From positions 22,275,317 to 22,339,316 of the forward strand of contig NC_092671.1 in assembly GCF_964355755.1 (NCBI RefSeq): a stretch of 64,000 bases of DNA. Direction: 5' to 3'. Under the pieces are notes generated by a model. It did not search any database. It saw only the letters and a program-made list of their open reading frames with translations, and was not told the origin of the DNA. This stretch comes from Antedon mediterranea. Taxonomy: Eukaryota > Animalia > Echinodermata. Shown here in pieces: positions 13,002 to 26,380 of this stretch (position 1 is the stretch's first letter; the number at the start of each line of letters is the position of its first letter). The position numbers were made by a program, and so were the translations under genes.

Positions 13002-13030
13002 GTTGAAATAAAAAATAAAAAAAATAAAAA

Positions 13031-16000
13031 TATTTACAATTAAAAAAAAAAGAAAAAAAAATACCCGTATAGGTTCGAACACACTACTGAGAGCACTCAA
13101 ACCTGAGCATTACACGTTACGCCACAAACCAGTAGATGACTGAGGAGCTGATAATAGTCTATATATATGAAATGAATGATCAATCAATGAAAAATAATGC
13201 CATGCAACTTTGTTTCTGATTGAAAAAAAATGTTCACTTGTTTAGGCCTGACATTTACAACCCTCAAAATATCTCACTTTCAAAAACAATATTTATTTTC
13301 AAATAAAAAAAAAAAAAAAAAAAAAATTTCCCTAGAAGTTCGAACCCACTATTGAAATCACTCAAAACTGAGATTTACCCGTTACTCCGCAAACCAGTAT
13401 ATAACTGAAGAGCTGATAATAGTCTATTTATATGAAATGGATGATCAACCAATGAAAAATAATGCCATGCAACTTTGTTTCTGATTTTAAAAAAGGTCCA
13501 CTTGTTTAGGCCTGACATTTACAACCCTCAAAATATCTCACTTTCAAAAACAATATTTATTTTCAATTTAAAAAAAAAAAAATCCCTAGAGGTTCGAACC
13601 CACTACTGAAAGCACTCAAACCTGAGCATTATCCGTTACGCCACAAACCAGTAGATGACTGCGGAGCTGATAATAGTCCATTTATATGAAATGAATGATC
13701 AATCAATGAAAAATAATGCCATGCAACTTTGTTTCTGATTTTAAAAAAGGTCCACTTGTTTAGGCCTGACATTTACAACCATCAAAATATCTCGCTTTCA
13801 AAAACAATATTTATTTTCAATTAAAAAAAAAAGAAAAAAAAAATACCCGTATAGGTTCGAACCCACTACTGAAAGCACTCAAACCTGAGCATTATCCGTT
13901 ACGCCACAAACCAGTAGATGACTGCGGAGCTGATAATAGTCCATTTATATGAAATGAATGATCAATCAATGAAAAATAATGCCATGCAACTTTGTTTCTG
14001 ATTTTAAAAAAGGTCCACTTGTTTAGGCCTGACATTTACAACCCTCAAAATATCTCACCTTCAAAAAAAATATTTATTTTCAATAAAAAAAAAAAAAGAA
14101 AAGAAATATCCCTAGAGGTTCGAACCCACTACTGCGAGCACTCAAACTTGAGCATTACCCGTTACGCCTCAAACCAGTAGATGACTGAAGAGCTGATAAT
14201 ACTCTATTTATATGAAATGAATAATAAATCAATGAAAAATAATGCCATGCAACTTTGTTTCTGATTTTAAAAAAGGTTCACTTGTTTAGGCCTGACATTT
14301 ACAACCCTCAAAATATCTCACCTTCAAAAACAATATTTATTTTCAAATAAAAAAAAAAGAAAAAAAATATCCCTAGAAGTTCGAACCCACTAGTGAGAGC
14401 ACTCAAACTTGAGCATTACCCGTTACGCCACAAACCAGTAGATGACTGAAGAGCTGATAATACTCTATTTATATGAAATAAATAATAAATCAATGAAAAA
14501 TAATGCCATGCAACTTTGTTTCTGATTTTAAAAAATGTCCACTTGTTTAGGCCTGACATTTACAACCCTCAAAATATCTCACTTTCAAAAACAATATTTA
14601 TTTTCAATAAAAAAAAAAATAATAAAATATTCATAGAGGTTCGAACCCACTACTGCGAGAACTCAAACCTGAGCAATACCCGTTACGCCTCAAACCAGTA
14701 GATGACTGAAGAGCTGATAATACTCTATTTATATGAAATTAATGATCAATCAATGAAAAATAATGCCATGCAACTTTGTTTCTGATTTTAAAAAAGGTTC
14801 ACTTGTTTAGGCCTGACATTTACAACCCTCAAAATATCTCGCTTTCAAAAACAATATTTATTTTCAATTAAAAAAAAAAGAAAAAAAATATTCGTAGAGG
14901 TTCGAACCCACTACTGCGCGAACTCAAACCTGAGCACTACCGGTTACGCCACAAACCAGTAGATGACTGAAGAGCTGATAACAGTCTATTTATATGAAAT
15001 GAATGATCCATCAATGTAAAATGGTGTTATGCAACATTGTTTCTGATTTTTAAAAAAGGTCCACTTGTTTAGGCCTGACATTTACAACCCTCAAAATATC
15101 TCACTTTCAAAAACAATATTTATTTTCAATAAAAAAAAAAAAATAAAATATTCGTAGAGGTTCGAACCCACTACTGCGAGAACTCAAACCTGAGCATTAC
15201 CCGTTACGCCTCAAACCAGTAGATGACTGAAGAGCTGATAATGGATGATCAATCAATGAAAAATAATGCCATGCAACTTTGTTTCTGATTTTAAAAAAGG
15301 TTCACTTGTTTAGGCCTGACAGTTGCAACCCTCAAAATATCTCACTTTCAAAAACAATATTTATTTTCAATTAAAAAAAAAAGAAAAAAAAAATACCCGT
15401 ATAGGTTCGAACCCACTACTGAGAGCACTCAAACCTGAGCATTACACGTTACGCCACAAACCAGTAGATGACTGAGGAGCTGATAATAGTCTATATATAT
15501 GAAATGAATGATCAATCAATGAAAAATAATGCCATGCAACTTTGTTTCTGATTGAAAAAAAATGTTCACTTGTTTAGGCCTGACATTTACAACCCTCAAA
15601 ATATCTCACTTTCAAAAACAATATTTATTTTCAATTTAAAAAAAAAAAATCCCTAGAGGTTCAAACCCACTACTGAAAGCACTCAAACCTGAGCATTATC
15701 CGTTACGCCACAAACCAGTAGATGACTGCGGAGCTGATAATAGTCCATTTATATGAAATGAATGATCAATCAATAAAAAATAATGCCATGCAACTTTGTT
15801 TCTGATTTTAAAAAAGGTCCACTTGTTTAGGCCTGACATTTACAACCCTCAAAATATCTCGCTTTCAAAAACAATATTTATTTTCAATTAAAAAAAAAAG
15901 AAAAAAAATATTCGTAGAGGTTCGAACCCACTACTGCGAGAACTCAAACCTGAGCACTACCGGTTACGCCACAAACCAGTAGATGACTGAAGAGCTGATA

Positions 16001-19000
16001 ACAGTCTATTTATATGAAATGAATGATCCATCAATGTAAAATGATGTTATGCAACTTTGTTTCTGATTTTTAAAAAAGGTCCACTTGGTTAGGCTTGACA
16101 TTTAAAACCCTCAAAATATCTCACTTTCAAAAACCATATTTATTTTCAATTTAAAAAAAAAGAAAAAAAAAATCCCTTGAGGTTCGACCCACTACTCAGA
16201 GCACTCAAACCTGAGCATTACCCGCTACGCCACAAACCAGTAGATGACTGAAGAGCTGATAATAGTCTATTTATATGAAGTGAATTATCAATCAATGAAA
16301 AATAATGCCATGCAACTTTGTTTCTGATTTTAAAAAAGGTCCACTTGTTTAGGCCTGACATTTACAACCCTCAAAATATCTCACTTTCAAAAACCATATT
16401 TATTTTCAATTTAAAAAAAAAAGAAAAAAGTATCCCTAGAGGTTCGACCCACTACTCAGAGCACTCAAACCTGAGCATTACTCGTTACGCCACAAACCAG
16501 TAGATGACTGAAGAGCTGGTAATAGTCTAGTTATATGAAATGAATTATCAATCAATGAAAAATAATGCCATGCAACTTTGTTTCTGATTTTAAAAAAGAT
16601 CCATTTGTTTAGGCCTGATATTTACAACCCTAAAAAATATCTCATTTTCAAAAAAAATATTTATTTTCAATAAGAAAAAAAAAGCAATATCCATAGAGGT
16701 TGGAACCCGCTACTGAGAGCACTCAAACCTGGGTATTACCCGTCACGCCACAAACCAGTAGATAACTGAAGAGCTGATAATAGTCTATTTATATGAAATT
16801 CATGATCAATCAATGAAAACTAATGCTATGCAACTTTGTTTCTGATTTTAAAAAAGGTCCACTTGTTTAGGCCTGACATTTACAACCCTCAAAATATCTC
16901 ACTTTCAAAAACAATATTTTTTTCAATAAAAAAAAAAATAAAAAAATATTCGTAGAGGTTCGAACCCACTACTGCGAGAACTCAAACCTGAGCATTACCC
17001 GTTACGCCTCAAACCAGTAGATGACTGAAGAGCTGATAATACTCTATTTATATGAAATTAATAATAAATCAATGAAAAATAATGCCATGCAACTTTGTTT
17101 CTGATTTTAAAAAAGGTTCACTTGTTTAGGACTGACAGTTGCAACCCTCAAAATATCTCACTTTCAAAAACAATATTTATTTTCAATTAAAAAAAAAAGA
17201 AAAAAAAAATACCCGTATAGGTTCGAACCCACTACTGAGAGCACTCAAACCTGAGCATTACACGTTACGCCACAAACCAGTAGATGACTGAGGAGCTGAT
17301 AATAGTCTATATATATGAAATGAATGATCAATCAATGAAAAATAATGCCATCCAACTTTGTTTCTGATTGAAAAAAATGTTCACTTGTTTAGGCCTGACA
17401 TCTACAACCCTCAAAATATCTCACTTTCAAAAACAATATTTATTTTCAAATAAAAAAAAAAAAAAAAAAAAATTTCCCTAGAACTTCGAACCCACTATTG
17501 AAATCACTCAAAACTGAGCATTACCCGTTACTCCGCAAACCAGTATATAACTGAAGAGCTAATAATAGTCTAATTATATGAAATGGATGATCAACCAATG
17601 AAAAATAATGCCATGCAACTTTGTTTCTGATTTTAAAAAAGGTCCACTTGTTTAGGCCTGACATTTACAACCCTCAAAATATCTCACTTTCAAAAACAAT
17701 ATTTATTTTCAATTTAAATTAAAAAAAATCCCTAGAGGTTCGAACCCACTACTGAAAGCACTCAAACCTGAGCATTATCCGTTACGCCACAAACCAGTAG
17801 ATGACTGCGGAGCTGATAATAGTCCATTTATATGAAATGAATGATCAATCAATGAAAAATAATGCCATGCAACTTTGTTTCTGATTTTTAAAAAGGTCCA
17901 CTTGTTTAGGCCTGACATTTACAACCCTCAAAATATCTCGCTTTCAAAAACAATATTTATTTTCAATTAAAAAAAAAAGAAAAAAAATATTCGTAGAGGT
18001 TCGAACCCACTACTGCGAGAACTCAAACCTGAGCACTACCGGTTACGCCACAAACCAGTAGATGACTGAAGAGCTGATAACAGTCTATTTATATGAAATG
18101 AATGATCCATCAATGTAAAATGATGTTATGCAACTTTGTTTCTGATTTTTAAAAAAGGTCCACTTGGTTAGGCTTGACATTTAAAACCCTCAAAATATCT
18201 CACTTTCAAAAACCATATTTATTTTCAATTTAAAAAAAAAGAAAAAAAATATCCCTTGAGGTTCGACCCACTACTCAGAGCACTCAAACCTGAGCATTAC
18301 CCGCTACGCCACAAACCAGTAGATGACTGAAGAGCTGATAATAGTCTATTTATATGAAGTGAATTATCAATCAATGAAAAATAATGCCATGCAACTTTGT
18401 TTCTGATTTTAAAAAAGGTCCACTTGTTTAGGCCTGACATTTACAACCCTCAAAATATCTCACTTTCAAAAACAATATTTTTTCAATAAAAAAAAAAAAA
18501 AAAAAAAAATATTCGTAGAGGTTCGAACCCACTACTGCGAGAACTCAAACCTGAGCATTACCCGTTACGCCTCAAACCAGTAGATGACTGAAGAGCTGAT
18601 AATACTCTATTTATATGAAATTAATAATAAATCAATGAAAAATAATGCCATGCAACTTTGTTTCTGATTTTAAAAAAGGTTCACTTGTTTAGGCCTGACA
18701 TTTACAACCCTCAAAATATCTCACTTTCAAAAACAATATTTTTTCAATTAAAAAAAAAAAAGAAATAAAATATCAGTAGAGGTTCGAACCCTCTAGTGAG
18801 AGCACTCAAACTTGAGCATTACCCGCTACGCCACAAACCAGTAGATGACGGAAGAGCTGATAATACTCTATTTATATGAAATATATAATAAATCAATCAA
18901 AAATAATGCCATGCAACTTTGTTTATGATTTTAAAAAAGGTTCACTTGTTTAGGCCTGACAGTTGCAACCCTAAAAATATCTCACTTTCAAAAACAATAT

Positions 19001-22000
19001 TTATTTTCAAATAAAAAAAAAAGAAAAAAAATATCCCTAGAAGTTCGAACCTACTATTGAAATCACTCAAACCTGAGCATTACCCGTTCGCCGCAAACCA
19101 TTTTATGACTGAAGAGCTGATAATAGTCTATTTATATGAAATGGATGATCAATCAATGAAAAATAATGCCATGCAACTTTGTTTCTGATTTTAAAAAAGG
19201 TTCACTTGTTTAGGCCTGACAGTTGCAACCCTAAAAATATCTCACTTTCAAAAACAATATTTATTTTCAATTAAAAAAAAAAAAAAAAAAAATACCCGTA
19301 TAGGTTCGTACCCACTACTGAGAGCAATCAAACCTGAGCATTACACGTTACGCCACAAACCAGTAGTTGACTGAGGAGCTGATAATTGTCTATATATATG
19401 AAATGAATGATCAATCAATGAAAAATAATGCCATGCAACTTTGTTTCTGATTGAAAAAAATGTTCACTTGTTTAGGCCTGACATTTACAACCCTCAAAAT
19501 ATCTCACTTTCAAAAACAATATTTATTTTCAAATAAAAAAAAAAAATAAAAATATCCCTAGAAGTTCGAACCCACTATTGAAATCACTCAAAACTGAGCA
19601 TTACCCGTTACGCCGCAAACCAGTATATAACTGAAGAGCTGATAATAGTCTATTTATATGAAATGGATGATCAACCAATGAAAAATAATGCCATCCAACT
19701 TTGTTTCTGATTTTAAAAAAGGTCCACTTGTTTAGGCCTGACATTTACAACCCTCAAAATATCTCACTTTCAAAAACAATATTTATTTTCAATTTTAAAA
19801 AAAAAAAAAATCCCTAGAGGTTCGAACCCACTACTGAAAGCACTCAAACCTGAGCATTATCCGTTAGGCCACAAACCAGTAGATGACTGCGGAGCTGATA
19901 ATAGTCCATTTATATGAAATGAATGATCAATCAATGAAAAATAATGCCATGCAACTTTGTTTCTGATTTAAAAAAAGGTTCACTTGTTTAGGCCTGACAT
20001 TTACAACCCTAAAAATATCTCACTTACAAAAACAATATTTATTTTCAATTTAAAAAAAAAATTCCTAGAGGTTCGAACCCACTACTGAGAGAACTCAAAC
20101 CTGAGCATTATCCGTTACGCCACCAACCAGTAGGTGACTGAGGAGCTGATAATAGTCTATTTATATGAAATGATTGATCAATCAATGAAAAATAATGCCA
20201 TGCAACTTTGTTTCTGATTTTAAAAAAGGTTCACTTGTTTTGGCCTGACATTTACAACCCTCAAAATATCTCACTTTCAAAAACAATATTTTTTCAATTA
20301 AAAAAAAAAGAAATAAAATATCAGTAGAGGTTTGAACCCACTAGTGAGAGCACTCAAACTTGAGCATTACCCATTATGCCAGAAACCAGTAGATGACTGA
20401 AGAGCTGATAATAGTCTATTTATATGAAATGAATTATCAATCATTGAAAAATAATGCCATGCAACTTTGTTTCTGATTTTAAAAAAGGTCCACTTGTTTA
20501 GGCCTGACATTTACAACCCTCAAAATATCTCACTTTCAAAAACCATATTTATTTTCAATTTAAAAAAAAAAAAAAAAAAGTATCCCTAGAGGTTCGACCC
20601 ACTACTCAGAGCACTCAAACCTGAGCATTACTCGTTACGCCACAAACCAGTAGATGACTGAAGAGCTGGTAATAGTCTATTTATATAAAATGAATTATCA
20701 ATCAATGAAAAATAATGCCATGCAACTTTGTTTCTGATTTTAAAAAAGATCCATTTGATTAGGCCTGACATTTACAACCCTAAAAAATATCTCATTTTCC
20801 CAAAAAATATTTATTTTCAATAAGAAAAAAAAAGCAATATCCCTAGAGGTTAGAATTCGCTACTGAGAGCACTCAAACCTGGGTATTACCCGTTACGCCA
20901 CAAACCAGTAGATAAGTAAAGAGCTGATAATAGTCTATTTATATGAAATTAATGATCAATCAATGAAAAATAATGCCATGCAACTTTGTTTCTGATTTTA
21001 AAAAAGGTTCATTTGTTTAGGCCTGACATTTACAACCCTCAAAATATCTCACTTTAAAAAAAAAAATTTATTTTCAATAAAAAAAAAAAGAAAAGAAATA
21101 TCCCTAGAGGTTCGATCCCACTACTGCGAGCACTCAAACTTGAGCATTACCCGTTGCGCCTCAAACCAGTAGATGACTGAAGAGCTGATAATACTTTATT
21201 TATATGAAATGAATAATAAATCAATGAAAAATAATGCCATGCAACTTTGTTTCTGATTTTAAAAAAGGTTCACTTGTATAGGCCGGACATTTACAACCCT
21301 CAAAATATCTCACCTTCAAAAACAATATTTATTTTCAAACAAAAAAAAAAGAAAAAAAATATCCCTAGAAGTTCGAACTCACTATTGAAATCAATCAAAC
21401 CTGAGCATTACCCGTTACGCCGCAAACCAGTATATGACTGAAGAGCTGATAATAGTCTATTTATATGAAATGGAAGATCAATCAATGAAAAATAATGCCA
21501 TGCAACTTTGTTTCTGATTTTAAAAAAGGTTCACTTGTTTAGGCCTGACAGTTGCAACCCTCAAAATATCTCACTTTCAAAAACAATATTTATTTTCAAT
21601 TAAAAAAAAAAGAAAAAAAAATACCCGTATAGGTTCGAACCCACTACTGAGAGCACTCAAACCTGAGCATTACCCGTTACGCCACAAACCAGTAGATGAC
21701 TGAGAAGCTGATAATAGTCTATATATATGAAATAAATGATCAATCAATGAAAAATAATGCCATGCAACTTTGTTTCTGATTGAAAAAAATGTTCACTTGT
21801 TTAGGCCTGACATTTACAACCCTCAAAATATCTCACTTTCAAAAACAATATTTATTTTCAATTAAAAAAAAAATATCCTTACAGGTTGGAACCCGCTACT
21901 GAGAGCACTCAATCCTGTGTATTACCCGTTACGCCACAAACCAGTAGATACCTGAAGAGCTGATAATAGTCTATTTATATGAAATTAATGATCAATCAAT

Positions 22001-23737
22001 GAAAAATAATGCCATGCAACTTAGTTTCTGATTTTAAAAAAGGTTCACTTGTTTAGGCCTGACATTTACAACCCTCAAAATATCTCACTTTCAAAAATAA
22101 TATTATTTTCAATAAAAAAAAAAGAAACAAAATATCCGTAGAGGTTCGAACCCACTAGTGAGAGCACTCAAACTTGAGCATTACCTGTTACGCCACAAAC
22201 CAGTAGATGACTGAAGAGCTGATAATACTCTATTTATATGAAATAAATAATAAATCAATGAAAAATAATGCCATGCAACTTTGTTTCTGATTTTAAAAAA
22301 GGTTCATTTGTTTAGGCCTGACATTTACAACCCTAAAAATATCTCACTTTCAAAAAAAATATTTATTTTCAATTAAAAAAAAAAGAAAAGAAATATCTCT
22401 AGAGGTTCGAACCCACTACTGCGAGCACTCAAACTTGAGCATTACCCGTTACGCCTCAAACCAGTAGATGACTGAAGAGCTGATAATACTCTATTTATAT
22501 GAAATGAATAATAAATCAATGAAAAATAATACCATGCAACTTTGTTTCTGATTTTTAAAAAGATTCACTTGTTTAGGCCTGACATTCACAACCCTAAAAA
22601 AAATCTCATTTTCAAAAAAAATATTTATTTTCAATAAGAAAAAAAAGAAATATCCCTAGAGGTTAGAACCCGCTACTGAGAGCACTCAAACCTGGGTATT
22701 ACACGTTACGCCACAAACCAGTAGATAACTGAAGAGCTGATAATAGTCTATTTATATGAAATTAATGATCAATCAATGAAAAATAATGCCATGCAACTTT
22801 GTTTCTGATTTAAAAAAGGTTCATTTGTTTAGGCCTGACATTTACAACCCTCAAAATATCTCACTTTCAACAAAAATATTTATTTTCAATTAAAAAAAAA
22901 AGAAAAGAAATATCTCTAGAGGTTCGAACCCACTACTGCGAGCACTCAAAGTTGAGCATTACCCGTTACGCCTCAAACCAGTAGATGACTGAAGAGCTGA
23001 TAATAATCTATTTATATGAAATTAATAATAAATCAATGAAAAATAATGCCATGCAACTTTGTTTCTGATTTTAAAAAAGGTTCACTTGTTTAGGCCTGAC
23101 ATTTACAACCCTCAAACTATCTCACTTTCAAAAACAATATTATTTTCAATTAAAAAAAAAGAAAAAAAATATTCGTAGAGGTTCGAACCCACTACTGCGA
23201 GAACTCAAACCTGAGCACTACCGGTTACGCCACAAACCAGTAGATGACTGAAGAGCTGATAATAGTCTATTTATATGAAATTAATGATCAATCAATGAAA
23301 AATAATGCCATGCAACTTTGTTTCTGATTTTAAAAAAGGTTCACTTGTTTAGGCCTGACATTTACAACCCTCAAAATATCTCACTTTCAAAAACAATATT
23401 TATTTTAAATAAAAAAAAAAATAAAAATTATCCGTAGAGGTTCGAACCCACTAGTGAGAGGACTCAAACTTGAGCATTACCCGTTACGCCACAAACCAGT
23501 AGATAACTGAAGAGCTGATAATAGCCTATTTATATGAAATGAATGATCAATCAATCTGATTTTTAAAAAGATCCATTTGTTTAGGCCTGACATTCACAAC
23601 CCTAAAAAATATCTCATTTTCAAAAAAAATATTTATTTTAAATAATAAAAAAAAGCAATATCCCTAGAGGTTGGAACCCGCTACTGAGAGCACTCAAACC
23701 TGGGTATTACCCGTTACCCCACAAACCAGTAGATAAC
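13031..23737. repeat. Satellite array 1, right part (~261-bp monomer)
   Basis: Same monomer and variant order as 1-9428. Monomers with short internal deletions at ~15241 and ~23555. Ends at ...GTAGATAAC. Confidence 0.97.
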
Positions 23738-26138
23738 ATGTTTTTTCGAAAATCACAAAATGGTCTAAAACGTCTCCAAATGCGATTTGAAGCTATTCTA
23801 AGCACTTTGGTGTTTTTATGTTAACAAGTTTTTTTCGAAAATCACAAAATGGTCTAAAACGTCTCCTAATGCGATTTGAAGCTATTCTAAGCACTTTGAT
23901 GTTTTGTGTGAAAAAGTTTTGTCGAAATGCTCAAAATGGTCTAAAACGTTTTTAAATACGATATTAAGCTATATTGTGCTCTTTGATGTTTTTGTGTGAA
24001 AAGTGTTATCGATATGCTCAAAGTGGTCTAAAACGGTTTATAATGTGATTTTAAGCACTTTGATGTTTTTGCGTAACCAAGTTTCATCGAAATGCACAAA
24101 ATGGTCTAAAACGTCTCCAAATGCGATTTGAAGCTATTCTAATCATTTTGGTGTTTTTGTGTTAACAATTTTTTTCGAAAATCACAAAATGGTCTAAAAC
24201 GTCTCCAAATGCGATTTGAAGCTATTCTAAACATTTTGGTGTTTTTATGATAACAAGTTTTTTCGAAAATCACAAAATGGTCTAAAACGTCTCCAAATGC
24301 GATTTGAAGCTATTCTAAGCACTTTGGTGTTTTTATGTTAACAAGTTTTTTCGAAAATCACAAAATGGTCTAAAACGTCTCCTAATGCGATTTGAAGCTA
24401 TTCTAAGCACTTTGGTGTTTTTATGTTAACAAGTTTTTTCGAATATCACAAAATGGTCTAAAACGTCTCCAAATGCGATTTGAAGCTATTCTGTACACTT
24501 TGATGTTTTTATGTTAACAAGTTTTTTCGAAAATCACAAAATGGTCTAAAACGTCTCCAAATGCGATTTGAAGGTATTCTAAGCACTTTGGTGTTTTGTG
24601 TGAAAAAGTTTTGTCGAAATGCTCAAAATGGTCTAAAACGTTTTTAAATACAATATTAAGCTATATTGTGCACTTTGATGTTTTTGTGTGAAAAGTGTTA
24701 TCGAAATGCTCAACATGGTCTAAAACGGTTTATAATGTGATTTTAAGCACTTTGATGTTTTTGTGTAACCAAGTTTCATCGAAATGCACAAAATGGTCTA
24801 AAACGTCTCCAAATGCGATTTGAAGCTATTCTAAACACTTTGGTGTTTTTATGTTAACAAGTTTTTTCGAAAATTACAAAATGGTCTAAAACGTCTCCAA
24901 ATGCGATTTGAAGCTATTCTAAGCACTTTGGTGTTTTTATGTTAACAAGTTTTTTTCGAAAATCACAAAATGGTCTAAAACGTCTCCTAATGCGATTTGA
25001 AGCTATTCTAAGCACTTTGATGTTTTGTGTGAAAAAGTTTTGTCGAAATGCTCAAAATGGTCTAAAACGTTTTTAAATACGATATTAAGCTATTTTGTGC
25101 TCTTTGATGTTTTTGTGTGAAAAGTGTTATCGAAATGCTCAAAATGGTCTAAAACGGTTTATAATGTGATTTTAACCACTTTGATGTTTTTGTTTAACAA
25201 GTTTTTTCGAAAATCCCAAAATGGTCTAAAACGTCTCTAAATGCGATTTGAAGCTTTTCTAAACACTTTGGTGTTTTTGTGTTAACAAGTTTTTTCGAAA
25301 ATCACAAAATGGTCTAAAACGTCTTCAAATGCGATTTGAAGCTATTTTAAGAACTTTGGTGTTTTTATGTTAACAAGTTTTTTCGAAAATCACAAAATGG
25401 TCTAAAACGTCTCCAAATGCGATTTGAAGCTATTCTAAGTACTTTGGTGTTTTTATGTTAACAAGTTTTTTCGAAAATCACAAAATGGTCTAAAACGTCT
25501 CCAAATGCGATTTGAAGCTATTCTGTACACTTTGGTGTTTTGTGTGAAAAAGTTTTGTCGAATTGCTCAAAATGGTTTAAAACGTTTTTAAATACGATAT
25601 TAAGCTATTTTGTGCTCTTTGATGTTTTTGTGTGAAAAGTGTTATCGAAATGATCAAAATGGTCTAAAACGGTTTATAATGTGATTTTAAGCACTTTGAT
25701 GTTTTTGTGTAACCAAGTTTTTTCGAAAATCACAAATTGGTCTAAAATGTCTCCAAATGCGATTTGAAGCTATTCTTAGCACTTTGATGTTTTTATGTTA
25801 AGTTTTTTCGAAAATCACAAAATGGTCTAAAACGTCTCCAAATGCGATTTGAAGCGATTCTAAGCACTTTGGTGTTTTGTGTGAAAAAGTTTTTTAGAAA
25901 TGCTCAAAATGGTCTAAAACGTTTTTAAATACGATATTAAGCTATATTGTGCTCTTTGATGTTTTTGTGTGAAAAGTGTTATCGATATGCTCAAAATGGT
26001 CTAAAACGGTTTATAATGTGATTTTTAGCACTTTGATGTTTTTGCGTAACCAAGTTTCATCGAAATGCACAAAATGGTCTAAAACGTCTCCAAATGCGAT
26101 TTGAAGCTATTCTAATCACTTTGGTATTTTTGTGTTAA
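23734..26138. repeat. Satellite array 2, left part (~88-bp monomer with ~87- and 78-bp variants)
   Basis: The unit AACAAGTTTTTTCGAAAATCACAAAATGGTCTAAAACGTCTCCAAATGCGATTTGAAGCTATTCTAAGCACTTTGGTGTTTTTATGTT is tandemly repeated. Confidence 0.97.
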
Positions 26139-26301
26139 AGCAGAAATGTCAACACCTATTTGAGTATTTGTGATGATTGTTTAGGTATATTAAAATATAT
26201 ATTAGGTTTTTTGAAATTTTTTATGCAATTTTTACTGCTAAAATCGACGTTTGAAAATACGATTTAGAGCGTTTAGAGCCAACTCATTAACTTTACAGTC
26301 G

Positions 26302-26309
26302 TGACGTCA
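26302..26309. promoter_or_regulatory. TGACGTCA (CRE-like) palindrome near the left end, mirrored at 34212-34219 near the right end
   Basis: The same 8-mer lies ~165-170 bp inside each terminus, upstream of each gene's ATG (26381 on +, 34064 on -). Confidence 0.45.
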
Positions 26310-26380
26310 TATCGGGTTTCGCTATCTTCCCTGAAAACGATCGCGCTGGATGAGTACATGAAAAAGCCAATCCTCGCAAA

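Larger units (their letters stand above)
9429..13030 (+). mobile_element. Non-LTR retrotransposon of the CR1 group (L2/Crack-like) inserted in a satellite monomer
   Basis: APE+RT ORF, AT-rich 3' UTR, terminal stem-loop, AATAAA and an A-rich tail. The same satellite monomer variant (GACAGTTGC...TACCCGTATAGG) resumes after the element. Possible short TSD within AATATTTA (9421-9428 / 13029-13036). Confidence 0.93.

Noticed and set aside
1525-21441. Repeated 60-70-aa ORFs (MFLILKKVHLFRPDIYNPQ...)
   Set aside because: They start at TTG, their frame depends on A-tract length, and they are by-products of the satellite monomer.
1-23737. Functional tRNA gene cluster or 5S rDNA array
   Set aside because: No acceptor stem or 7-nt anticodon loop can be formed, and there is no resemblance to 5S rRNA. 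Only the promoter boxes and D-arm are tRNA-like.
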